This document shows, piece after piece, positions 51,670 to 62,621 of a DNA stretch of 64,000 bases. The first letter of the stretch is position 1, and each line of letters opens with the position of its first letter. The position numbers and the translations under genes are program-made. This stretch comes from Octopus vulgaris (lineage: Eukaryota): positions 109,182,001 through 109,246,000 of the forward strand of contig OX597819.1 in NCBI GenBank assembly GCA_951406725.2. The letters are read 5' to 3'. The notes under the pieces were generated by a model. The model searched no databases and was not told the origin of the DNA. It saw nothing but the letters and a program-made list of their open reading frames with translations.

Positions 51670-52221
51670 TCGGGTCGATCAAAGCCTTGTGAGTGGATTT
51701 GGTAGATGGAAACTGAAAGAAGCCCGTCATATATATGTATATGTATATATATATGTGTGTGTGTTTGTGTCTGTGTTTATCCCCACTAACATCACTTGAC
51801 AACCGATGCTGGTGTGTTTACGTCCCTGTAACTTAGCTGTTTGGCAAAAGAGACCGATAGAATAAGTACTAGGCTTACAAAAGAATAAGTCCTGGGGTCG
51901 ATTTGCTCAACTAAAGGCTGTGCTCCAGCATTGCCACAGTCAAATGACTGAAACAAGTAAAGGAGTAGATGACTAAGGCAAATAATGGAGTGAAATATAG
52001 GAGAGGCTTGGGTGCGGGTTTTTGTAGTCGGTATGCAGGGGCATTGAGGATGATAGCAGATAAGGGAGGTGTTAAGAATAGAGAACAACACAGGGATAGA
52101 AGGCACAGAGGTGACTTGTGGAGGCAGTAGGTGGGATAATGGGAGCAGTTGAGAAAATCAATTTGCCATGTATCTGTAATCTTTACAGTTCCTGTGCATC
52201 TTCCACATACAAACACTATCT

Positions 52222-53297
52222 TGGAACTCTCTGAATTTCAAATAGGCCATTTTGTAGGTCAATCTGAAAGTGGACTTAGTCAGCATAAAACCTTGTGATC
52301 CTACATTCTACAGTTAATAGAATGATTTTGTAATTCACCAGAGAGAGGAAGGAGTACACATCATCTCACCTAGGTTGACCAGGGTCCTCTGACAGGACCC
52401 TTCACTTTGTTAAGTGAAGTGTGGACGATAATCCTCATTGCAAGGTCTCTGCCATAGCAGAACAAGTTGATGTCAATCCCAGAACAGCTATCAAGTATCT
52501 CCACAAACTTGGCTACAATGGCAGAGCAGCAAGAAGGAAGCTACTTCTTTGACCAGCTAATATCAAGCGGAGAAAAGATTGGGCCAGTGAGATGGTGGAG
52601 AGGCCACCAGCATTTTGGGACACTGTCATATTTTCTTATGAGTCCAAATATGTTGTTTTTTCCGACGGTGGTCGAGTGTGGGTCTGGAGATTCTGTGATA
52701 AAAAATTTGACATGAAATGATTGTAGCCAACAATGAAACACGATGGCTAATCTGTGATGGTCTGGGGAGCAATGGTTAATCAGGGCTGGTGGAGTGTGAG
52801 GGAAACATAAACTCAGATAAATATGTGTACATATTGCATAAAGTACTCCTTCCAATCTTCTCCAGTGGTGAAATGATTAAAGAAAACTCTTTATTTATGG
52901 AAGATGGGGCTCCTTGTCACAGCTAAAAAGATAAAAAATTGGTTGGAAAAGAATGGCATTAAAAATCTTCCATGGCCAAGCCAGTCAACAGACATGAACC
53001 CTATTAAACATCTCTGGGGCATAATAGACAGGACACTTTGTAAAAAGAACAAGAAAGCATCTGCAAAGCCAGATCTTTAGATATTACTGCATGAAACTTG
53101 GCAAGAAATTCCTCAAGAGAATATTCACCATCTGATCAGTAGCTTGTTTAATAGGGTCCTTGCATTGAAAAATGCAAAGGGCATGTCTTCTAAATATCAG
53201 ATATTCACATTATAAATTATAATAATTAATAAATAGTTTGAATGTATAATTTCAGGTTTAAATAAATCTTAATGATTATAAAGGTGTCTATTTACTT
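52222..53297 (+). mobile_element. Degraded Tc1-like transposon
   Basis: ELSEFQIGHFVG at the start and FMEDGAPCH...[15 protein letters not shown], matching the Tc1 QDxAPxH / WPSQSPDLNPIE motifs. Several frameshifts. Confidence 0.82.
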
Positions 53298-53464
53298 ATA
53301 TATATATATATATATAAAAATAAATATAAGAGAGTGGTCACTATATGGCTCACTCTAGCACTAGTTAATCCAAAAGGTTTCAACCACAAAAATACTTGTT
53401 TCCCATGAAAGTCAGTACGATTGTTAGCTCACACGAACAGGGCAAATAAAAAATAACAAAAATA

Positions 53465-53560
53465 CAGATTATTTTGGGACAATTGTTTCGCTATTAATGA
53501 ATTAAATGTAATTTTACTTACAAAAAAATCCACTTGTAGCTCCTCAGCCAAAACTATCTG
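53465..53560 (-). ncRNA. Type I hammerhead ribozyme with canonical core
   Basis: Minus strand: CAGATAGTTTTGG-CTGAGGA-GCTA(long loop)TAGC-GAAA-CAATTG-TC-CCAAAATAATCTG. Stem I spans 13 positions with one mismatch and one GU; stem III is palindromic. GUC cleavage falls between 53478 and 53477. Confidence 0.85.
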
Positions 53561-54006
53561 GATGAAATCCACTCAATCACACGCCAGATTTTACCATAAC
53601 GATAAATACACGTGTGGTTCAATTGATTACATCCGACGTTATAATTCAAATGCCCCTACTAACAGCGCGCCAAACTTTCACGGGAACAAATACCACATTT
53701 AGAAGTAAATGTAGCATAATTATAATTAATTAATAAGGGTGAGAGAATTAGATACTAATTGAATAGTATATCTATTCAACACCAAGTGGCCCAGTGCTCC
53801 GAGAAACCTGGATTATTATAATATTTTGTAATATATTATAATATTTTATACAAAAATAAATATAAGAGGGTGGTCACTATATGGCTCACTCTAGCACTAG
53901 TTAATCCAAAAGGTTTCAACCACAAAAATACTTGTTTCCCATGAAAGTCAGTACGATTGTTAGCTCACACGAACAGGGCAAATAAAAATAACAAAAATAC
54001 AGATTA

Positions 54007-54088
54007 TTTTGGGACAATTGTTTCGCTATTAATGAATTAAATGTAATTTTACTTACAAAAAAATCCACTTGTAGCTCCTCAGCCAAAA
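54007..54088 (-). ncRNA. Type I hammerhead ribozyme, second copy (6-bp stem I)
   Basis: TTTTGG-CTGAGGA-GCTA...TAGC-GAAA-CAATTG-TC-CCAAAA. Cleavage falls between 54013 and 54012. Confidence 0.82.
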
Positions 54089-54475
54089 GCATATATATCT
54101 ACCATAATTCTTAATCCAATGCCATCCATTTTTACACAGGTGACACGATGCAGTGAATATGAAAGAAGGTGAGTGCCAGAAAGATATGAGCTCAGTAATA
54201 GAGAAATGTTTTAAATGGGAGTCCATATATCTTATAGCCTCCATTGCTAACACAATTCACCCTTTGTCTCGCCATATCTATGTGGATGATCCTCTCCAGT
54301 ACTGGTGCCACAGAAAAAATCTATCCAGTACATTTATGAAGTGATAAGGTAGCTGCCTATTTCTTGAACCAGTCTTAAACAAAAGAATAAATATAATTAT
54401 GTAGAGACAAGGTGGCCAAGTGAATAAGACATCCAACTATCTACTCATTAGCTTAGGATTCAAATGTACTTCAGA

Positions 54476-54640
54476 CACTAGTGGAGCTGGTGTGGGGTGG
54501 TTGTGGGGCGGTCCACCCTGGGCAGCACTTTTAAATGGGTGGCACTTTTGGGTCTGCTGTAGGTCGTGTGTTTTTTGTGGGATCTGGGGCAGCAAATAAA
54601 AGGGCCACCTCAGGTGGCATACACCCTAGCTATTCTAGTG
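54476..54640. mobile_element. hAT-like MITE, 165 bp
   Basis: 8-bp TSD ACTTCAGA (54468-54475 and 54641-54648); imperfect TIRs CACTAGTGGAGCT / AGCTATTCTAGTG. Confidence 0.75.
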
Positions 54641-56335
54641 ACTTCAGACAATCTTTTATCTGTCTCTTGTTTCAGCCATTGGAGTGTGGCTATACTGGAG
54701 CAGCAGCTTAAAGGTTTTAGCTAAACAAATCAACCCTTGTACTTATTTTTTAAAGTCTAGTGTTTATTCCCTTGTTCTCGTTTGGCAAACTGCTAAGTTA
54801 CAGGGATGTACACGAACCAACACCAATTGTCAAGAGGGGGTGGGGGACAAACACAAATACACATACATACATGCATGCACATACACATACAATGGGCTTC
54901 CACACAGTTCTGTCTACCAAATTTACTGATAAGGTATTGGTTGGCCTGGGGTTATAGTAGAAGACGCCCAACATGTTGCACTGGGAGACTGAACCTGAAA
55001 CGATATGGTTGCAAAGCAAGTTCTTAACCACACAGCCACGCCCGTATTTTGTGGGTTGGGTAAGGCAACTTTATTTTATACAGCCTCTGTTTGTTTCTGT
55101 TCTGTTTTTTTTTTTCAATACTTAGCTGCCAGTAATATGTACCAAATCACCTGGCAATTGTCACCTGCAATGCGCTGGTAACCTATGAACTTATTACTAT
55201 GAAAACAATGTTGAGCTAAGGATTGGTCTCTAAAGTCCCTCAAGGTTTAAGGAATATTTTGCGTCACAAAAATCACAGACAGAGGCATGTGATTTAGAAG
55301 GTTGTTTCACAACCACATGGTTTCCAGTTTGATCCCACAATGGGCAGGAGCCCTCTACCATGATTTAAAGTTGACCAATACCTTCTACTTGATATTTAGT
55401 AAACAAAATCCCATATATTTGAACCGAAGTGGTCTGTGGTGTATATGTTTGTCTGAGTTCGCTCCCTTTATACAAACATCATCATTGCATTTGGTAGCCT
55501 ATGATTTCTGAAGGAATAAGTATCAGATCAAGTACCCAGGTTAATATTTTGAATGAAATTAAGTACTGTTGTATTAGTTATATAAGAGAATGGTTGAAAG
55601 AGTAGTAGGATGTTTAGGATAATTGAGTATAAAGGGTCAAAGGTTAAAGGTCTCCATTTGAAGAGAGATGAGGAATAAAATTTCAGCTGACCACCGAAGG
55701 ATATAAATAAAACCCATTTCTCGAGTCAAGCAGAGAATATATGTAAGAAGATAAACTCCATCTGGCCCATGCTACTAAGGAAAAGTGGACATTAAAGAAA
55801 TAAGAATGAAAGAATGAATTTTCCTGTAATTTATGAATTCAGTTTTACAAATAGTAATAGTGGTTGAGAGTAGTGGCCAAGACTAAATTTATTCGAACTA
55901 AAGTTTGAATAAATATAGGCTTGGTCGCTATTATTATTTGTGAATATGAAGAAAACTGTATATATGTGATGGCTAGACAAAATAAGTGGTTGTGAGAATA
56001 TGGAAAAGAATGAATACCCTGCTATTTTTTTGGTACAAGAGAAAGGACATGTTTAATGCAAATGTGTATGATATGAAAATTTTTGTATTTATAAATATAT
56101 ACAGAAAATCTTCATATCATACACAAATAATATGTGTCTGTTAACTCTGAACAAGATACAAGATAAATGCTAGAAAGTGCAGTCAAGACTTCATTGTTTT
56201 CCTTTCTCTTTGGTGAAAAAGAGTTGCCATGACATTTCTATGCAGCGAGATGCTATTCATGCTAAAAGGAATAAGTATAAAAAAGAAAACAAAACATAAT
56301 ATAAGATCATAATGGTGTTTGCAAGAAATCCTTAT

Positions 56336-56790
56336 TTAGTTAGTTAGTTAATTTTGGCTCAAAAAGCAAAAAGCAAGGCCATGTAGGGGGACATGGAGTT
56401 ATGTACAGGGTGGTGTTCATGTAAAGAGTTCAGGCCACTTGTGGTCAAGGGAGACCTTGAACCGAGCGGTCGTCAGCATCTTCACCATCTCGTCTGGCAG
56501 CTTATTCCACGGATCCGCAACCCGGACGGAGAAAGCCCCTCTCCTTCGATTGAGATGAAATCGTCGCAGATAGAGCTTTTCGGAATGACCCCGCAGCCAA
56601 TGCTCTGGAGCAGGAGTGAAGAACAGCTCTTTCGAGAGGTTACACTTTCCACTTATGATGTTGTGAGCAAGAATGAGATCACCACGGCGGCGGCGTTTTT
56701 CTAGAGAATAAAGGTCGAGCATCTTCAGCCTTTCTTCATAAGACAAATTCTTGAGACCAAGAACCATGCGGGTAGCCAGCTTCTGGACTC
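56336..56790 (-). mobile_element. CR1-like LINE 3' fragment with a (TAAC)n tail
   Basis: LSYEERLKMLDLYSLEKRRRRGDLI...LRGH...FSVRVADPWNKLP; TTAG repeats at 56336-56350. Confidence 0.88.
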
Positions 56791-56924
56791 CACAATGTCA
56801 GTTCTCTTCAGCATCCTGGTCAACTGATTTATTTAAGTGGGTAAGATCTTATTAACTTGAGATGGTTAAGACTTTAACCCTTTAGCATTTTATATTATTC
56901 TGTCAAAAGTAATGCTTACTTCTT

Positions 56925-57506
56925 ATTTCTTTATTGCCCACAAGGGGCTAAACAAGGACAGACAAAGGGATTAAGTCGATTACATCAACCGCAGTGCATA
57001 ACTGGTACTTAATTTATCGACGCTGAAAGAATGAAAGACAAAGTTGACCTCGGCGGAATTTGAACTCAGAACGTAATGGCAGACGAAATACCTATTTCTT
57101 TACTACCCACAAAGGGCTAAACACAGAAGTGACAAACAAGGACAGACAAACGGATTAAGTCGATTATATCGACTCCAGTGCGTAACTGGTACTTATTTAA
57201 TCAACCCCGAAAGGATGAAAGACTTCGGCGGAATTTGAACTCAGGAGACGAAATACCGCTAAGCATTTCGCCTGCCATGCTAACGTTTCTTATTTCTTTA
57301 TTGCCCACAAGGGGCTAAACATAGAGGGGACAAACAAGGACAGACAAAGGGCTTAAGTCAATTACATCGACCCCAGTGCAGAACTGGTACTTAATTTATT
57401 GACCCCAAAAGGATGAAAGACAAAGTTGACCTCGGCGGAATTTCAACTCAGAACGTAGTGGCAGACGAAATACCGCTAAGCATTTCACCTGGCATGCTAA
57501 CGTTTC
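56925..57506 (-). mobile_element. Head-to-tail trimer of the second SINE family under one 12-bp TSD
   Basis: Units start at about 56925, 57095 and 57293. TGCTTACTTCTT occurs at 56913-56924 and 57507-57518. Confidence 0.8.
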
Positions 57507-57920
57507 TGCTTACTTCTTTACATTGTTTTGAATTAATATTGCATAATATTGTAGCTTTGAGATTTTGATGAGGTGTTAATTTTTAGAATGATATTGTAAG
57601 GCTGGCATGAGTAGCCAGATCTGGCCAGTTAGAACATAAAGCAGGTGGAATATTTGGGCCATATGCTACCTTTTTAAATAGTAATGGGTCAAGGTAAAAT
57701 GAATATCTCGGTACCAAGCAATCGTGTCTCTAGCTGTCATCACAGTGCTCTCAAGCTAACCAAGTAGCAGATCATTCATATGAACTTCAAGAGGAATGAA
57801 TATTGGCTGACTGCAATACTATCAACTAAAACCTGCCTCAGCACAGTTCATTACAAGATAATGTTTAGTTCCATGTGACTTTGACCAAGCATTCGAACTA
57901 TGCCCATTCTGTCATATTTT

Positions 57921-58527
57921 CAGAGGGAACCTGTGGAAGAGGTAGACCCAGGAAAACCTGGGACGAGGTGGTGAAGCACGACCTTCGAACTTTAGGTCTC
58001 ACCGAGGGAATGACCAGAGACCGAGACCTTTGGAAGTATGCTGTGTGTGGGAAGACCTGGCAGGACAAGTGAGACCATAACCTGTGGCCTCTACCTGGGA
58101 CGTGGCCAGCCCACTTATGCATACCTTTCCTTCTTGTGACACAAACCCTACTTGTGAAACCCGTTGAGGCAAGTGAAAATCAAAATCAAAATCGATCAAT
58201 ATCAATGGAAATTGTAGCAGTGATACCAGTGCCGGTGGCACGTAAGAGAACCATCGGAACGTGGCTGTTGCCAGTGCCGCCCCGACCGGCCTCTGTGCCG
58301 GTGGCACATAAAAAGCACCATCTGATCGTGGCCATTTGCCAGCCTCATCTGGCATGTAAAAAGCACCCACTACACTCACGGAGTGGTTGGCGTTAGGAAG
58401 GGCATCCAGCTGTAGAAACACTGCCAGATCAGACTGGGCCTGGCACAGCTTCTGGCTTCCCAGACCCCAGTTGAACTGTCCAACCCATGCTAGCATGGAA
58501 AATGGACATTAAACGATGATGATGATG
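57921..58527 (+). mobile_element. RTE-clade LINE 3' end (ORF end, 3'UTR and (GAT)n tail)
   Basis: GTCGRGRPRKTWDEVVKHDLRTLGLTEGMTRDRDLWKYAV, then the repeat-containing 3'UTR. Confidence 0.88.
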
Positions 58528-61239
58528 TATTCAGGACTACATTATCCAATATGTCCTTCCTCTTTTTTTTTAAGATGATGTCTGGTTGGAGAAGAATTTG
58601 GCTACTACTTTTAACAATTCATGTGCTAATTTACACTGAAAAAAGATGTAGTTGGTTGGTTGATGCAGGGTGAGTTACAGAGGGATGAATGAAGAAATGT
58701 GGCATGCTGTTTATCAGAGTGATGGATGACTTACTGACTAGTTGTATACAACTTTCTCAGTACATTTAAATATTATACACTATAGAGACTTGCAGGGGTA
58801 GAGGTTGTAATTTGTTAGTAAACTTTGCATGTGGTAAACATCCAGCAATAGGACAAAATGATGAGACAGCATTTCAAATAGAATGTTCCAAACAAAAGAT
58901 GTGGAAAAGTGGTTGTTGTTCTTATATTGTTTCAGTTTAGCCTTGATCCATCAGACAAATGACAATTTTTTGGCTTGATAAATTTTTTTTTTTTAATGTT
59001 TTTAATGGCTTGGTCAGAAGAGGAAGGGTAATGTCCATGATTCTTTACAGGACCTATTTTCACTGGTTAGAGGAAATTATCCTCAGATGTCAGCAAAATG
59101 CTCTCCATTAAGGATATCCAAAACCCAAGTGGGTAATGTTAAACTAGCTGATGGATTATCTGCTAACCAAGAACACGAACAGTTCCTCCAATGAGCTTCT
59201 AGTTCAACCCAAATCCCACACATAAAGCTTCAGTTGAGCTAAAACTATGGTAGAAAACACATGCCCATCATCATCATCATTGTTCAACTGTGGTCGAGAC
59301 AATGGAATTTACTATGTTATGCCAGACTTCACGGTCCATCATAGCATTACGGAGGTCCTGTTACTGGATGCCCAAGTTGCCCCAGTGGGCTTGAACCTGA
59401 AACCACACAGCCCTACTTGTTTGTATGGTAGGCCACTTAGGAAAATTTCGTCTCAAATATAAAGAAAATATACATCATTTATAAGATAAGAGAAAGGCTT
59501 GGATGTAAGATCTTTGCATAATCAAAACTCATCAAGGAAAGCTTTGCTTTCCATCCTTTTGAGGCTGATATACTTGCCCAAGGTGGGAATTTGTAGAACT
59601 AGTGTCTTATGGTATTTGTTCTGATTTTTGTGTTTTGAGATTAAACTCAATCTATCATTCTCTTTAATGCCTTAGTTACCTTCAGCAGAGTTCACTCAGT
59701 TGCAAGCATTCAGGTCAGGTCTCTAGTTTGAGAATAATCTCCTCACTTCTTTTTATAACTCTTGGAGGCTCTGAAAAAGAAAGGGTCATTGCTGTTGCCC
59801 TTCTCTCTTTGACTAGATATTTAAAAAATGTTGGTGTTCATCTTGAATATTTGTAATAAATATTAAAAATTGAGGAGGTTATTCTCTAAGGAGGGCCATT
59901 GCAGTGAAGATGAATTATTAGGTGAAATATTTTGAGAGGATTCTAGAAGGTAAGACTAAGTAATAGTCACAAGGAGAGGAAAACAATGGGTCAGAAGTGA
60001 AGGTAGTGCTGAGGACTCTTTACAGGAAGCTATCTTCAAACTAGGGATCTGGGGTGAAAGAGTGGATTCAGCTATAGGCACTCAAGGTGATAAGGTGATC
60101 CAAGTAGATCAATATGGGATTCAGAACACAAAGAGCTAAAACAAGTATAACAATGCATCAATCTGACATTTTTACAGTTCTGCGAATCCACTGTTCTGGA
60201 TTGGAGTGTTTTTTAAAGAAATCTTGGAAAGCTGAAAGGCAACTTTGACCTCGGGAGGATTTGTACTTGGTGCCGAGAATCATCTAATAATCGCTTTAAA
60301 TTGTGGCACAAAGCTAGCAATTTTTAGCGGGAGGAGGTTAGTCAATTATATCAACCCCAGCACTTGATTTTTATCTATTCGGAAAGGATTAAAAGCAAAG
60401 CTGACTTCGCAGATAATTGAACACAGATCGTAAAGAGCCGGAAGAAGAGCTGCTAAACATTCTGTCTGACGCGCTAACGATTCTGCCAGCTCACCGCCTT
60501 AGTCAGCATACACACACACATTCAATAAAGAAAAATCAATGCATTAGATATTGGGGAAAATAACCGATTAGTAATATGTATTTTTCGCACAATATTCACG
60601 TTGCACGATTGTTATTATATAGATCAGTAACAGCTTTTATTTAAATTTAGTACATTATTCACGATACGGTGTCCGAAAAAAAATGTAGCTTGTCTCTCTC
60701 TAATCACACACTGTAATAAAAGCAAGCACAATTTTTTAATTACGAAATTGATCACTGCTGGAGCACCTTACAATATCGATCGACTCAATAGTAATGGTAT
60801 TTTTTTTCTTATGACCACAAGGTAATAAAAAGAAACTTAATCCGGGCTAGATATGGCCTTGAAAAATATATAACGTTCAGACAAACATAACACTACACTT
60901 AAGCATCATCTCTAGTGATAAATGTAATTATTTCTTTGTCTTTATTTTCCTTCATCATTTGATTAGAGAAAGAAGAAAATTTAGAAATACAATTCTACGT
61001 GAATATTTCGCGTTTACAAAAGAATTTTAGAAAAATTACGAAACACTTTTCTAGCTAGTTAACTATGGGCAAATAGAAAGAGATCATATTTTTCAAAGAT
61101 TTATTGTGTGTGTGTGTGCGTATGTATGTATGAATATATATAGTGTAATTTATAAGGAGACCCTTCATCTTGAGACAAATTCTAAGTTTTTGGAAGAGAG
61201 AAGAAAAGTAGGTCAGTTATGTGATCTGTGATTAGCTGT

Positions 61240-61310
61240 TTACCAACCAATCGGATGGCTCTATCGCATACCATGTGGTTCAGCGGTTATTTAAATTGTC
61301 GTATAAAATT
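61240..61310 (+). promoter_or_regulatory. Possible core promoter of the hnRNP gene
   Basis: CCAATC at ~61247 and TATAAAA at ~61302 in repeat-free sequence upstream of the CDS. Motif evidence only. Confidence 0.25.
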
Positions 61311-61745
61311 TTATTCAAGAATTTTATTTTCGTAGTCGATTGAGGTCAAAGGTAATTAAAAAATTAATTAGAGGTGAATGGCAAACGAGAAAAACATATC
61401 AACAATGTGTTTTTTATATTTGTCGGAAATTTAGTAAAATTTCCAATAAAACAAAGAAAAAAAATCGCAAACAGAATCTATAGTAAAAATCGTATCTTTC
61501 GCATGGCTAGCTTTTCTTCTTCATCTGCTGCGGAAGCAAGCAAGTCAGGAAGAAAGAATACCACAGTTTGATTATAAAAAGTCGCCTTGGAATTTTATCT
61601 TCTCTTATTTCTTCTGCTATCAGCGAATATAATATTGCTTAAGAAGAAAGGAAAACTATATTTGTGTAAACTCCGTCATCAAACTTGAATTTCAGTCGGA
61701 TTCCATTGTTGAGGAAAAAAGCTACTACAACACTCCAAATTAAAA

Positions 61746-62621
61746 ATGACGGGGAATTATTGCGACGATGACCCCAACGCAGAAAAATTCCGCAAGCTGT
61801 TCATTGGAGGTCTCAATAATGAGACTACAGAAGATACTCTTCGCCAGTACTTTGAAACTTGGGGTGAAGTTGTAGATTGCGTGGTGATGAAAAATCCGAC
61901 CAACAATCGTTCTCGTGGCTTCGGCTTTGTCACTTATCAGTCGGCTGCACAACTAGACAAGGCACAGGCACAGCGACCGCACACGCTCGATAAGAAGACT
62001 CTGGACACGAAGCGCGCCATGCCTCGCGATGGATCTGAGGAGACTCAGGCGTCGGTAAAGAAAATGTTCGTCGGCGGCCTGGAAGAGACCACAAGCGAAG
62101 AAGAAATCCGTGAACTATTCTGCCCGTACGGCAGGATTGAAAAAGTGGAAATGATTAAAGACAAGGCAACTGGTAAGCAGAAGCGTTTCTGCTTTGTCAC
62201 CTTTGATGATTTCGACTCTGTAGACAAGTGTGTAATTAGAAAAAGATTTCCTTTAGGGGACAAAAGCATCGAAGTTAAGAAAGCTGTATCGAAGACTGAA
62301 ATGGGCGGTCGTGGAGGAGCCGGAGGTCGTTCAGGCGGCCGCGGCGGTGGTGGAGGCGGCTACGGTGGAAACTGGGGATCGAACCAGGGTAACTACAACA
62401 ACGGCGGCGGTTATTACCAAGGCAGTGACGGGCGCTACGGAGGCCATGGTTACAATAATGGCTATGGTAGTAATTTCGGATCCAATTACGGCAGCGGATC
62501 TTTCGGTGGGGCCCAAAGACAAGGTAATTTCTCACATCGTAATACTAGTGGACCTTACGGTAGGGGTTACGGTAGAGGTGGTGGTGGTGGTAGTAGTAGT
62601 ATGGGCGGATATAGACGTTAA
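61746..62621 (+). CDS. Heterogeneous nuclear ribonucleoprotein A/B family (hnRNP A1/A2/Hrp-like), 2 RRMs + Gly-rich tail, intronless CDS
   Basis: RKLFIGGL and RSRGFGFVTY in RRM1; KKMFVGGL and RFCFVTFDDFDSVDK in RRM2; RGG/GY-rich C-terminus ending in GPYGRGYG. Good start context AAAATGA. Confidence 0.95.
   Translation: MTGNYCDDDPNAEKFRKLFIGGLNNETTEDTLRQYFETWGEVVDCVVMKNPTNNRSRGFGFVTYQSAAQLDKAQAQRPHTLDKKTLDTKRAMPRDGSEETQASVKKMFVGGLEETTSEEEIRELFCPYGRIEKVEMIKDKATGKQKRFCFVTFDDFDSVDKCVIRKRFPLGDKSIEVKKAVSKTEMGGRGGAGGRSGGRGGGGGGYGGNWGSNQGNYNNGGGYYQGSDGRYGGHGYNNGYGSNFGSNYGSGSFGGAQRQGNFSHRNTSGPYGRGYGRGGGGGSSSMGGYRR

Larger units (their letters stand above)
53316..54088 (-). mobile_element. 535-nt unit with ~238-nt near-identical terminal direct repeats, each carrying a hammerhead (retrozyme / Penelope pLTR-like)
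   Basis: 53316-53553 is repeated at 53852-54088 with about 2 differences. Flanked by TA repeats; non-coding. Confidence 0.85.
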
